Assembly: GCA_052437175.1 (NCBI GenBank)
Contig: JBQVOK010000006.1
Coordinates: 75,066-139,065 of the forward strand
Reading direction: 5' to 3'
From: Flavobacteriales bacterium
Lineage (GTDB): Bacteria > Bacteroidota > Bacteroidia > CAIKAF01
Length of the DNA: 64,000 nucleotides
Below, piece by piece: positions 51,014 through 60,677 of the stretch; within the stretch, counting starts at the first letter, position 1; each line of letters starts with the position of its first letter. The notes below the pieces were generated by a model that had not been told where the DNA came from, made no database searches, and saw only the letters and a list, made by a program, of their open reading frames with translations. Both the position numbers and the translations under genes were made by a program.

Positions 51014-53785
51014 TTAGCCGAGCACAATATTCACAATTCGTTTGGGAACAACAATGACTTTTCTCACCTCTTTGCCTTCTTTCCAGCGTTCGGTGCGTTC
51101 GTCGGCCAGTATGGCCGCTTCTACTTCGGCGGCGCTCATATCGGCCGGTAATTCGGCCTGGTAGCGGGTCTTACCGTTGAACGACACCGGGTAATTAAAG
51201 GAACTTTCTACCAGGTAAGCCGGGTTGAACACAGGCAGTGTTGCGTAGGAAATACTGTTCTCATGCCCCAGTTTCTGCCAGATCTCTTCGGCCAGGTGCG
51301 GTGCAAAAGGCGATAAGAGGATGGCCAGGGGCTCCAGGATCTCACGTTTGCCGCATTTCTGTTCGCCCAGTTCGTTTACGCAGATCATAAAGGAACTTAC
51401 ACAGGTATTGAAACTGAAACGTTCTACATCTTCGCCGATCTTTTTAATGAGCGTATGTAGTGTTTTACGTTCGGCAGGCGTAGCCTCTTCTTCCGTTACC
51501 TGGAAGTTGTCGCCGTTGTGGTACAGGTTCCAGAGTTTACGCAGGAAACGGTGTGTACCTTCAATGCCGTTGGTATTCCAGGGTTTGCTCTGCTCCAGCG
51601 GACCCAGGAACATTTCGTACAGGCGCAGGGTGTCGGCGCCGAAATCTTCCACCACCTTATCCGGATTCACTACGTTGTGTTTCGATTTGGACATCTTTTC
51701 GATCTCCACCCCGCAGATGTATTTTCCGTCTTCGAGGATGAACTCTGCCTGTGCATATTCGGGACGCCAGGCTTTAAAGGCTTCGGTATCCAGTTCGTCG
51801 TTGCTTACGATATTCACGTCCACATGCAGGGCCGTGGTCTCATGCTGATCTTTGAGTCCGTGGGAAACAAAGGTATCCGTACCGTTTATTCTGTATACGA
51901 AATTGCTGCGTCCCTGTATCATGCCCTGGTTCACCAGTTTGCGGAAAGGCTCATTGGTGGGCACCAGTCCGTAGTCGAACAGTACCTTGTGCCAGAAGCG
52001 GCTGTACAGCAGGTGGCCCACCGCGTGTTCGGTGCCGCCCACGTACAGGTCTACGTCTTTCCAGTATTTCAGGGCTTCGTTATCGGCAAAGCGGTTCTGG
52101 TTATGCGGGTCCATATAGCGCAGGAAGTACCAGGAACTGCCGGCAAAACCGGGCATAGTGTCCGTTTCCAGCGGGTAGCCGTCGTAGGTCCAGTCGCTGA
52201 GTTTGGCCAGCGGACTTTCCGGGCGGCCGGTGGGTTTAAAATCGTCCATTTCGGGCAGCTGCAGCGGCAGGCTTTCTTCGGGTACGGCGGTTGGTACACC
52301 GTTCCGGTAATAGATCGGGAAGGGCTCGCCCCAGTAGCGCTGACGGCTGAAATTGGCATCGCGCAGGCGGAAATTCTCCCGGCGTGCACCCAGGCCCCTG
52401 GCTTCGATCTCTTCCACAGCGCGGGTAATGGCGTCTTTCACATCCAGCCCGTCCAGGAAATCCGAGTTGATCACTTTACCGTCTTTGGCCTCATACGCTT
52501 CGTCGGTCAGGGGAGACGTGTCGCCGTCGGCTCCGGCAATAACGCGCGGAATCTCGAGCCCGAAATGTTTTGCAAAACGAAAATCGCGTGCGTCGTGCGC
52601 GGGTACGGCCATAACGGCACCGGTACCGTAGCCGGCCAGCACGTAATCGCCTGTCCATACCGGGATCTTATTGCCCGTGAACGGGTGTATGGCATAGGAA
52701 CCGGTAAAGGCGCCCGTAACCGTTTTTACTTCGGTCTGGCGTTCGCGCTCACTGCGGTTCTTTGCCCAGTTCACATATTTTTCTACTTCTTCTTTCTGTG
52801 CATCGCTGGTCAGTTTCTGTACCCACTCGCTTTCGGGGGCCAGTACCATAAAGGTTACGCCGAAAATGGTATCGGGGCGCGTGGTAAAGACCTCGAGTGT
52901 TTCGCCGTTCTCCAGGGCAAAATGTACGCTGGCGCCCGTGCTTTTGCCGATCCAGTTGCGCTGCATTTCCTTCAGCGAATCGGTCCAGTCCAGCCCGTTC
53001 AGGTCGTTCAGCAGGCGTTCTGCATAGGCCGTGATCCGCAGGAACCACTGGCGCATACGACGGCGTTCCACCGGGTGTCCGCCACGTTCGCTGAGCCCGT
53101 CCTTTACCTCGTCGTTGGCCAGTACGGTGCCCAGGGCCTCGCACCAGTTCACGTAGGCGTGGCTCTGGTAGGCCAGGCGGTATTTCATCAGTATCTCGCT
53201 GCGCTGTGTCTCATGCATCTGCTGCCAGTCCTCGCCGCTGAAGGTTTCGTGCTCATCATGAAATGCCGATATGCCTTCGGAACCATCGTTCTCGAACAGT
53301 ACCTCCAGCTCGTCGATGGGGCGGGCCTGCTGCAGTTCGGTATCGTACCAGCTGCCAAACAGTTTCAGGAAGATCCACTGCGTCCAGCGGTAATATTCCG
53401 GGTCGCTGGTGCTGATCATACGGTCCCAGTCGAACGAAAAACCAATGTTCTTTAACTGGGAAATATAGCGTTCTGAATTTTCTTTGGTGGTAACGGCCGG
53501 GTGTTTACCGGTGCTGATGGCATATTGTTCGGCAGGCAGACCGAATGCGTCAAAACCCATGGGATGCAGCACGTTGAAACCCTGCAGGCGCTTGTAACGC
53601 GAAATGATATCGCTGGCAATATAACCCAGGGGATGGCCTACATGCAGCCCGGCCCCGGAAGGATAGGGAAACATGTCCAGCACGTAGAACTTGGGTTTGT
53701 CGGATGTATCCGCAGCTTTAAAAGTTTTCTCCTCTTCCCAGCGCCGGCGCCATGTATCTTCAATTGCTCTGAAATTATATTCCAT
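51014..53785 (-). CDS. leuS: leucine--tRNA ligase
   Basis: '[16 protein letters not shown]' HIGH motif, 'KMSKSKHN' KMSKS motif, CP1 editing domain. Start chosen at 'MEYNFRAIE'. Confidence 0.95.
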   Translation of the reverse strand: MEYNFRAIEDTWRRRWEEEKTFKAADTSDKPKFYVLDMFPYPSGAGLHVGHPLGYIASDIISRYKRLQGFNVLHPMGFDAFGLPAEQYAISTGKHPAVTTKENSERYISQLKNIGFSFDWDRMISTSDPEYYRWTQWIFLKLFGSWYDTELQQARPIDELEVLFENDGSEGISAFHDEHETFSGEDWQQMHETQRSEILMKYRLAYQSHAYVNWCEALGTVLANDEVKDGLSERGGHPVERRRMRQWFLRITAYAERLLNDLNGLDWTDSLKEMQRNWIGKSTGASVHFALENGETLEVFTTRPDTIFGVTFMVLAPESEWVQKLTSDAQKEEVEKYVNWAKNRSERERQTEVKTVTGAFTGSYAIHPFTGNKIPVWTGDYVLAGYGTGAVMAVPAHDARDFRFAKHFGLEIPRVIAGADGDTSPLTDEAYEAKDGKVINSDFLDGLDVKDAITRAVEEIEARGLGARRENFRLRDANFSRQRYWGEPFPIYYRNGVPTAVPEESLPLQLPEMDDFKPTGRPESPLAKLSDWTYDGYPLETDTMPGFAGSSWYFLRYMDPHNQNRFADNEALKYWKDVDLYVGGTEHAVGHLLYSRFWHKVLFDYGLVPTNEPFRKLVNQGMIQGRSNFVYRINGTDTFVSHGLKDQHETTALHVDVNIVSNDELDTEAFKAWRPEYAQAEFILEDGKYICGVEIEKMSKSKHNVVNPDKVVEDFGADTLRLYEMFLGPLEQSKPWNTNGIEGTHRFLRKLWNLYHNGDNFQVTEEEATPAERKTLHTLIKKIGEDVERFSFNTCVSSFMICVNELGEQKCGKREILEPLAILLSPFAPHLAEEIWQKLGHENSISYATLPVFNPAYLVESSFNYPVSFNGKTRYQAELPADMSAAEVEAAILADERTERWKEGKEVRKVIVVPKRIVNIVLG

Positions 53786-53860
53786 AAAACTATGCCTGAA
53801 TTTGCTGCGAAGATAAGCGTTCGCGCGCAAAAATCCGTGTCCCCGGCCAAATATCCGGGC

Positions 53861-53896
53861 ACAAAAAACGGGGACCCGAACCTTCGGATCCCCGTT
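53861..53896 (-). terminator. rho-independent terminator for the fasciclin gene, just upstream of leuS
   Basis: 14-bp stem aacggggacccgaa/ttcggatccccgtt (one mismatch); the A7 run on the plus strand gives a T-run on the minus strand. Confidence 0.7.
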
Positions 53897-53921
53897 GAAC
53901 CTTATACCCGCAGAAGTGTTG

Positions 53922-54494
53922 CTATTTAGGTAACAGCACGCTGTCGATGGAGTGAATTACCCCGTTGGACTGCATTACATCGTATACGCTGATGTTGGAC
54001 ATGCCGCCGTTCTCGTCCTTTACCATAATGTTGTGCGGACCATTCATCATGAACGTGAGTGTGCCGCCGTTCAGGGCTTTGAGCGTGGCCGTGCCCATAC
54101 CTTTTTTGATCAGTTTCGACAGTTCGTCGAACGTATAGGTACCCGATACTACGTGAAATGTAAGAATGTTAGAGAGAGCCTTCTTGTTTTCGGGTTTCAG
54201 CAGGGATTCTACGGTACCTGCGGGTAGGTTTTCAAAGGCGTCGTTGGTGGGGGCGAATACCGTAAAGGGACCCGGACCCTGCATGGTAGTTACCAGGTCG
54301 GCGGCCTGCAATGCGGCTACCAGCGTAGTGTGTGCCTTGGAATTTACCGCGTTCTCCACGATATTTTTGGCCGGGTACATCTGTTCCATACCTACGATCA
54401 CGGTTTTATCCATGGTTTGTGCCATACTGCTGCCGGTAAACGCAAAAATGCCTGCTGCGGCCATAACGGCCAGTCTGAGTTTCAGATTTTTCAT
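53922..54494 (-). CDS. fasciclin (FAS1) domain protein
   Basis: Signal peptide; FAS1 motifs '[11 protein letters not shown]' and '[11 protein letters not shown]'. Confidence 0.85.
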   Translation of the reverse strand: MKNLKLRLAVMAAAGIFAFTGSSMAQTMDKTVIVGMEQMYPAKNIVENAVNSKAHTTLVAALQAADLVTTMQGPGPFTVFAPTNDAFENLPAGTVESLLKPENKKALSNILTFHVVSGTYTFDELSKLIKKGMGTATLKALNGGTLTFMMNGPHNIMVKDENGGMSNISVYDVMQSNGVIHSIDSVLLPK

Positions 54495-54569
54495 AATTTC
54501 TTCTCTTGATTTGAAAACATCTACGCAGTTTTTTGAACTACGGATTTTGAAAAGAGAAAAAAAAGTAAA

Positions 54570-54612
54570 AAAAAACTCCTCCCGCGTGTGGCAGAAGGAG
54601 TGTATTCCTTTT
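54570..54612 (-). terminator. rho-independent terminator for the minus-strand PBP-fold gene
   Basis: On the minus strand: hairpin cactccttctgcc-acacgc-gggaggagt followed by a T9-10 run. Confidence 0.55.
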
Positions 54613-54621
54613 GAAACAGGC

Positions 54622-55518
54622 CTATTTAAGCGCTGTAATGTTGTAATTGGTTTCTTTTACCGCTTCGGGATGCACCAGTTTTTTAATGAGGTCGTCCGTT
54701 TTGCCGGCGGGCACCAGCCCGATCTGTTGCAGGCGGTGCAATGTGGCTTTGAGTATCTCGGTATCTACGCCAAATTTTTTGTTCCATTCCACTTCGGCAT
54801 ACCAGCGTGCGGCATCAAAATGGCCCAGTCCGAACTCGCCGGCCACCCATTCGATGAGGGTACCCGATTTTTCGAGGGACCAGGTTACGGTATGCAGTTC
54901 GGCAAAAAAGCTGCGCAGCATTTCGTAGCCCACTTCTTTTACAAAATCGTTGTGCACCACTATGCAGAAAGAGGGCCAGGGCGTAGGCACCTCGCCGATA
55001 CGCTCAAATTCGCCGTTCTGTACATAAGGCATGGTAATGTACTTTTCCCAGAAGAAGAGATCGGCCTGTCCTTCGCGCAGGGCTTCCCGGGCTCCGTCCA
55101 GGTTCTTTACGATCACAAAGTCCTCTTCGGGTATCTCGATGTCCAGCTGTTTGGCCAGTACTTTCGGAATAAGATGTGAACCCGAAAGAAAACGGCTGAT
55201 GGCGTATTTCCTGCCCTGCAGTTCGGGGTAGCTTATGCCTGCGCCTGCACGGGTGTGTATGCCCCAGATCAGGGGACTGTCTACATAGAACTTTACGATC
55301 TGTGCCGGCACGCCCGCCAGGATGCCAGAAATGGCGCCTTCGGTAAGCAGGGTGGCGATCTGTAGTTTACCGTCGCTGAAATCCTGCAGCATAGCGCCTG
55401 TGCCGCCCGGGTAGGCTTTCCACTCGGCCGGGAACGTGCGCAGCAAGCCTTTCTGTAATCCGTAATAGAGGGGAATATTAAAGTGTTCCGGTACGCCCCC
55501 GAAAATCATGTTCTTCAA
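54622..55518 (-). CDS. periplasmic-binding-protein-fold protein without signal peptide (NMT1/THI5-like or MqnA/MqnD-like)
   Basis: 298 aa with an unsignalled 'MKNMIFGGVPEHFNIPLYYGL' N-terminus. It resembles cytoplasmic SBP-fold enzymes such as the futalosine-pathway MqnA/MqnD or NMT1/THI5, but I am not confident of the function. Confidence 0.45.
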   Translation of the reverse strand: MKNMIFGGVPEHFNIPLYYGLQKGLLRTFPAEWKAYPGGTGAMLQDFSDGKLQIATLLTEGAISGILAGVPAQIVKFYVDSPLIWGIHTRAGAGISYPELQGRKYAISRFLSGSHLIPKVLAKQLDIEIPEEDFVIVKNLDGAREALREGQADLFFWEKYITMPYVQNGEFERIGEVPTPWPSFCIVVHNDFVKEVGYEMLRSFFAELHTVTWSLEKSGTLIEWVAGEFGLGHFDAARWYAEVEWNKKFGVDTEILKATLHRLQQIGLVPAGKTDDLIKKLVHPEAVKETNYNITALK

Positions 55519-55520
55519 CG

Positions 55521-55997
55521 TTAATTCTGATTAAATGCTACTACTTTCAGGTACGTGCTGTTATCCCTGGTCCAGACAATGAATTTATACGGTACTTTTT
55601 TATGCGATATGGAATACCATTTTTCGCCTTTATCGGTCGTGCGCATATAATTGCTCTGCAGGGTGCTGAGGTAATCCGTTACGCGGGTGCCGCTCTGCTG
55701 GATCACCATAAAATAGGTCTCACATTTGCGGAACAGCAGTTCACTGCCCGCTTTGGTCTCGCCGTTGTAAAACTCTGAACAGAAACCCTGTACCGTTTCG
55801 GACTTGTAATTGTTGAACTCGAACATATCGCGCACCACGTCCGGTTTGGCCAGGTAAAACTCTACCCAGTTCTCCTTGTTAAAAGCGGCTTCCTTGCCTC
55901 CGATGCAGGTAGCACACTTTACAAAGGTGGGGTTCTGGGCGCTGAGCCCGGCACTGAACAGGAACAGAAGTCCGGTAACGAGAAAGATCTTTTTCAT
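55521..55997 (-). CDS. hypothetical secreted protein (158 aa)
   Basis: Signal peptide MKKIFLVTGLLFLFSAGLSAQ; several conserved-looking Cys residues (CATC, FCSEF, RKCE). It is 2 nt upstream of the PBP-fold gene and 8 nt downstream of nadE, so it looks operonic. Confidence 0.5.
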   Translation of the reverse strand: MKKIFLVTGLLFLFSAGLSAQNPTFVKCATCIGGKEAAFNKENWVEFYLAKPDVVRDMFEFNNYKSETVQGFCSEFYNGETKAGSELLFRKCETYFMVIQQSGTRVTDYLSTLQSNYMRTTDKGEKWYSISHKKVPYKFIVWTRDNSTYLKVVAFNQN

Positions 55998-56005
55998 ACA
56001 GTATA

Positions 56006-57631
56006 TTAAGCTAAATATTTCCCTACGATGGGCATGCGTCTTCCATGACCGAATGCCTTCTGTGATATACGTAAAATAGGGGCTGTTTGTTTCCTTTTGA
56101 ATTCTACTTTGTTGACCATGCGCAGGATACGTAAAACCAGCGCTTCGTCAAAACCCAGGGCAATGATCTCGCCGGGGCCCTGGCGGCATTCAATGTACTG
56201 GTAAAGCACCTGGTCCAGTATGTCGTATTCGGGCAGACTGTCGCTGTCTTTCTGGCCGGGACGCAGCTCGGCGCTGGGCGGTTTTACAATGGAGTTCTCC
56301 GGAATGCGTTCGCCATTGCGGTTCAGGAATCGGGCCAGTTCGTACACTTCGGTCTTGTACACGTCGCCCAGTACAGAAAGACCACCGTTCATATCGCCGT
56401 ACAGGGTACCGTAACCCACGGCGTTCTCGCTTTTATTGGAGGTATTCAGCAATATACTGCTGAATTTATTGCTTACGGCCATGAGCAGCGTACCGCGTAT
56501 GCGCGACTGCAGGTTCTCTTCGGTAACGTCGGCATTAAGCCCTTCGAACAAAGGCTGCAGGCTGCTTTCAAAACTTTCGTATATAGATCGTATGGGAAGC
56601 GTTTCGTAGGGCATGCCCAGGTGTACGGCCAGCTTTAGGGCATCGTCCACGGAGTGGTCGCTCGAATACTGCGAAGGCATCAGCAGGCCCTGTACATTGG
56701 CGGCTCCCAGTGCATCGGCGGCCAGTACGGCGGTAACCGCACTGTCTATGCCCCCGCTCAGGCCCAGTATGGCTTTCCGGAATCCCATCTTCTGAAAATA
56801 ATCGCGTATGCCGCAAACCAGTGCTTCGTATATACGTTCCGTTTTTTCCTGGGCCAGGTAGGGCAGGGCTTCGGAGCGTTCCGTATCAAAACAGAATAGG
56901 TCGGTGGCAAAAGCTTTACCACGGGCACAGATGTTCCCGGCCGCGTCGGTGGCCATGCTGTTGCCGTCGAAGATCAGTTCGGTCTGTGCGCCGGCATAAT
57001 TTACGTAGATCAGTGGCAGGTTCAGGGAACGGCTCCAGAACTGTACGGCTTTCTCGCGTTTTTCCAGGTGATCGTAGGCAAAAGGCGAGGCAGAAATGTT
57101 AATGGCAATATCCGGGTTTTCAGCCGCCAGTACCCGCATGGGCGAAAGGGTGTACATCAGGTCGTCTTCAATATCCCAGATGTCTTCGCACACGGTAAGG
57201 GCGATCTTCAGTCCTTTGTATTGCAGGCAGGAAAAGCTGCGGGCGGGCTCAAAGTAGCGGTATTCGTCAAAAATATCGTAGGTGGGCAGCAGGGCTTTGT
57301 GCGCGGCCCCGGCAATTTCTCCCTCATGCAGCAGCAGGGCGCTGTTGAACAGGTTCTTGCCCTCGATGTTCGGGTTTACGGTAGGTGCGCCCACAATGGC
57401 GGCAATACCGCGGCAGGCTCCGGCGATCTGCTGTACGGTCTGTTCGCAGCGGCGGATAAAATCGCTGAACTCCAGGAAATCCTGGGGCGGATACCCGCAT
57501 ACGCTCAGTTCGGGAAACACCACCAGTTCGGCTCCCGCAGCGCGGGCCTCTTCTATATTGTGCAGGATCGTGCGGGCATTTCCTTCAAAATCGCCGATCA
57601 CCACATTGATCTGTGCCAGTGCAATCTTCAT
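56006..57631 (-). CDS. nadE: glutamine-dependent NAD+ synthetase
   Basis: N-terminal nitrilase/CN-hydrolase domain ('MKIALAQINVVIGDFEGN', 'VVFPELSVCGYPP') and C-terminal NAD synthetase PP-loop 'GLSGGIDSA'. Confidence 0.9.
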   Translation of the reverse strand: MKIALAQINVVIGDFEGNARTILHNIEEARAAGAELVVFPELSVCGYPPQDFLEFSDFIRRCEQTVQQIAGACRGIAAIVGAPTVNPNIEGKNLFNSALLLHEGEIAGAAHKALLPTYDIFDEYRYFEPARSFSCLQYKGLKIALTVCEDIWDIEDDLMYTLSPMRVLAAENPDIAINISASPFAYDHLEKREKAVQFWSRSLNLPLIYVNYAGAQTELIFDGNSMATDAAGNICARGKAFATDLFCFDTERSEALPYLAQEKTERIYEALVCGIRDYFQKMGFRKAILGLSGGIDSAVTAVLAADALGAANVQGLLMPSQYSSDHSVDDALKLAVHLGMPYETLPIRSIYESFESSLQPLFEGLNADVTEENLQSRIRGTLLMAVSNKFSSILLNTSNKSENAVGYGTLYGDMNGGLSVLGDVYKTEVYELARFLNRNGERIPENSIVKPPSAELRPGQKDSDSLPEYDILDQVLYQYIECRQGPGEIIALGFDEALVLRILRMVNKVEFKRKQTAPILRISQKAFGHGRRMPIVGKYLA

Positions 57632-57633
57632 AG

Positions 57634-58677
57634 TTAAACCTTATATAGAGCGCCTCCCACAGAGTTTCGCGAAGCCCCGGTAACGCTCGATAAAATATTG
57701 CTTTTGTCCAGTAAATATAAGTATCCGAGGAATGCAAACAGCAGGGCCTCCTTAAAATCGACGGTCTGTGCGTCGGGAATGATGCAGTTTTTGCCGGTAT
57801 TGGCCTGTATACGTTCCATCAGGAAGGTATTGTGTACCCCGCCGCCCGTAAACAGTATGCGTTCGCCGTTCACCTGCTGCAGGGCCCCGGCCGTGCGCCG
57901 CGCGATATGTTCGGTAAAGGTGCGTATAAAGGTTTCGGTATCGTGGTCTTTCAGGTACATAAAAATGTTGCGGTTCACCCATTCTGCGCCCAGGGAACGT
58001 GCGCCCTCTTCTTTATAAAAGGACAGGTTATCGAGCCAGAGCAGCAGTTCTTCGTTCAGCTGTCCGCGGCGTGCAATGTCGCCTCCGGCATCGTACAGCT
58101 GTCCGAAGGTGGCGGCCAGGCGGTTCAGTACCATATTGCAGGGACAGATGTCGAAGCCGCGCCGCAGTCCGTCCGCATCGTCGTACGAAAGATTGGCGAT
58201 GCCACCCAGGTTTACGCTGGCCGAATAATCGCTGAACAGCAGTTTATCGCCGGCAGGCACCAGGGGAGCACCCTGTCCGCCCAGGGCCACGTCGCCGCTG
58301 CGGAAATCACATACCACCGGTATCCCCGTGAGCTGTGCCAGTACTCCGCCGTTGCCGATCTGCAGGGTATAGCGGTTCTCCGGACTGTGAAAGACCGTGT
58401 GCCCGTGCGAAGAGATGTAATCCGGTTTCTGTTTGTCGCTCAGGAAGTTATTTACAATCTCTGCAAAGAAATAGGAGAGTGCAAAATGCAGCTCGGCCAG
58501 CTCGGGGCCGGTCAGATCGAGTGCATTTGATAATTTATAGGCTATATTTTTCGGATAGGGAAATGTCTGGGCGGCCTCTATTTCGTAACTGTATGAATCC
58601 TTGTCGTTTGTAAATCTGCAGAGGGCCAGGTCCACCCCGTCGAGCGAGGTTCCTGACATTAATCCTAATATGCGCAT
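57634..58677 (-). CDS. anmK: anhydro-N-acetylmuramic acid kinase
   Basis: 'MRILGLMSGTSLDGVDLAL' N-terminus typical of AnmK; 347 aa. Confidence 0.88.
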   Translation of the reverse strand: MRILGLMSGTSLDGVDLALCRFTNDKDSYSYEIEAAQTFPYPKNIAYKLSNALDLTGPELAELHFALSYFFAEIVNNFLSDKQKPDYISSHGHTVFHSPENRYTLQIGNGGVLAQLTGIPVVCDFRSGDVALGGQGAPLVPAGDKLLFSDYSASVNLGGIANLSYDDADGLRRGFDICPCNMVLNRLAATFGQLYDAGGDIARRGQLNEELLLWLDNLSFYKEEGARSLGAEWVNRNIFMYLKDHDTETFIRTFTEHIARRTAGALQQVNGERILFTGGGVHNTFLMERIQANTGKNCIIPDAQTVDFKEALLFAFLGYLYLLDKSNILSSVTGASRNSVGGALYKV

Positions 58678-58811
58678 GGTAAAATTTTTATCTTCGCCGC
58701 AAAAGTAAGGGAAGGATCGCTAAAAAAAAAGAAGGAAAAATGTTATGCAGGCATACGTTTTGACTTTTATTTTAATCCGTACCTTTGCCATACATTTTAA
58801 TCTGCGACATA

Positions 58812-59951
58812 ATGAAATTTGAGTTCACGGAAGAACAATTAATGATTCAACAGGCGGCGCGCGATTTTGCACGTGAGGAATTGCTGCCGGGCGTAATTGA
58901 GAGAGACGAAAAACAGGATTTCCCTGCAGAATTGCGGGCTAAAATGGGTGCCCTGGGCTTTATGGGCATGATGACCGACCCGGCCTACGGCGGCAGTGGT
59001 CTCGATACCTTGTCGTACGTACTGGTCATGGAAGAACTTTCCAAGATCGACGCTTCGGCATCGGTAACCATGTCGGTAAACAACTCGCTGTATGCCTGGG
59101 GGCTGGAAAAATTCGGCAACGAGTTCCAGAAAGAAAAATACCTGACGCCCTGCGCCAAAGGCGAAAAACTGGGCGCTTTTGCCCTCAGCGAACCCGAAGC
59201 GGGCAGCGATGCCACTTCCCAGCGTACCGAAGCCATCGATATGGGCGACCATTACCTGCTGAACGGTACCAAGAACTGGATCACCAACGGCAAAAATGCC
59301 GATTATTACCTGGTTATTGCACAAACCCACCGCGAAGCCGGCCATAAAGGCATTAACGTGCTGATCGTAGAAAAAGATATGCCGGGTTTTGTAACCGGGC
59401 CCAAGGAAAATAAGCTGGGCATCCGTGCGTCGGATACCTGCAGCCTCATCTTTACCGACGTAAAGGTGCCGAAAGAGAACCGCATCGGCGAGGACGGTTT
59501 CGGGTTCCGTTTTGCCATGAAAACGCTCGACGGCGGCCGTATCGGTATTGCCGCCCAGGCCCTGGGCATTGCTGCCGGTGCGCTGGAATTTTCACTGGCC
59601 TACGCCCGCGAGCGCAAAGCCTTCGGTAAACCTATCCACGACCACCAGGCCATCGCCTTTAAACTGGCCGATATGGCCACCCGCCTGGAAGCCGCGCGCA
59701 TGCTGGTGTACAAAGCTGCCTGGCTCAAAGACCAGGGCGAAGATTACAGCGAAGCCGCCGCTATGGCCAAAATGTATGCCAGCGACCTGGCCATGTGGGC
59801 CGGCGTAGAGGCCGTTCAGATACACGGTGGCTACGGTTATGTAAAAGAATACCATGTAGAGCGCCTGATGCGCGATGCCAAGATCACCCAGATATACGAA
59901 GGTACCAACGAGATACAGCGTATCGTGATCAGCCGCAACCTTACCCGCTAA
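58812..59951 (+). CDS. acyl-CoA dehydrogenase (short/branched-chain type)
   Basis: 'FTEEQLMIQQAARDFAREEL', 'GTKNWITNG', and C-terminal 'QIHGGYGY...RDAKITQIYEGTNEIQR' catalytic Glu region. Start chosen at 'MKFEF'. Confidence 0.9.
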   Translation: MKFEFTEEQLMIQQAARDFAREELLPGVIERDEKQDFPAELRAKMGALGFMGMMTDPAYGGSGLDTLSYVLVMEELSKIDASASVTMSVNNSLYAWGLEKFGNEFQKEKYLTPCAKGEKLGAFALSEPEAGSDATSQRTEAIDMGDHYLLNGTKNWITNGKNADYYLVIAQTHREAGHKGINVLIVEKDMPGFVTGPKENKLGIRASDTCSLIFTDVKVPKENRIGEDGFGFRFAMKTLDGGRIGIAAQALGIAAGALEFSLAYARERKAFGKPIHDHQAIAFKLADMATRLEAARMLVYKAAWLKDQGEDYSEAAAMAKMYASDLAMWAGVEAVQIHGGYGYVKEYHVERLMRDAKITQIYEGTNEIQRIVISRNLTR

Positions 59952-59972
59952 AAAAGCACATATATACAGGAA

Positions 59973-59999
59973 AAGCCTCGCTGTCAGCGGGGCTTTTTT
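59973..59999 (+). terminator. rho-independent terminator after the acyl-CoA dehydrogenase gene
   Basis: Hairpin gcctcgctg...cagcggggc followed by T6. Confidence 0.65.
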
Positions 60000-60040
60000 G
60001 CGCATAATTGTATAAAATATTTCCTGAATAAAAATTCATT

Positions 60041-60676
60041 TTATTCAGAACGGTATGCTATAATGTATTCATTATGAATAGAGTATTGTATCGTAAAGGT
60101 GTCTTCTATGCCGCCTGTGGACACATCGCAGCGGATCGGGGAACCGTCCAGCCGGAAGGGGCGGATACGGAAGCCCTCGTGGTAGTCGATAAAGCCGGCG
60201 CCGTGTATTTTGTACACCACTTCTTTTACACTCCAGCAGGTAGTAATATAGGTCACTTTATCGGCATCGGGCAGCGCGTTCACAAAATCCAGCTCGTATG
60301 CATTGAGGAATTTTTCCTTTAAACGCAGCACCCGATCTTCAAAATGCTGTACATCGATGCCGCAGTGCAGCTTTTCGGAATACTGAAGGGCTACAATATT
60401 GCGGCTGTGACTCACAGAAATGTATCCCTGCCGGCCAATAAGCCGGGGCTGGCCGCTTTCGTCGTTCCGGATATGTAGCTCCTGGTCCTGCAACATGGTC
60501 TTCAGCAGGAAATCGGCCGCGGCCTTTTCGGTACGGCGCTTGGCAGATTGCTGCCCGGTGGCTTCCAGCAACGAATCGGGGAGTGCAAGTGCTGCACTGT
60601 CTACGCTGGCCACCAGGAACGGTGCTTTGTTCCCGTAACCCGGCACAGGTATGTATTGTACGGCCTCCTGCTGCAC
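60041..60676 (-). CDS. 4'-phosphopantetheinyl transferase (Sfp-type)
   Basis: Two-half PPTase architecture with 'GQPRL...ISVSHS' and 'GIDVQ...WSVKEVVYK' motifs. Confidence 0.6.
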   Translation of the reverse strand: MQQEAVQYIPVPGYGNKAPFLVASVDSAALALPDSLLEATGQQSAKRRTEKAAADFLLKTMLQDQELHIRNDESGQPRLIGRQGYISVSHSRNIVALQYSEKLHCGIDVQHFEDRVLRLKEKFLNAYELDFVNALPDADKVTYITTCWSVKEVVYKIHGAGFIDYHEGFRIRPFRLDGSPIRCDVSTGGIEDTFTIQYSIHNEYIIAYRSE

Positions 60677-60677
60677 C

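Noticed and set aside
51518-53455. 645-aa plus-strand ORF opposite leuS
   Set aside because: leuS carries the HIGH and KMSKS motifs on the minus strand, and the plus-frame product is Gly/Ala/Val/His-rich. Shadow ORF.
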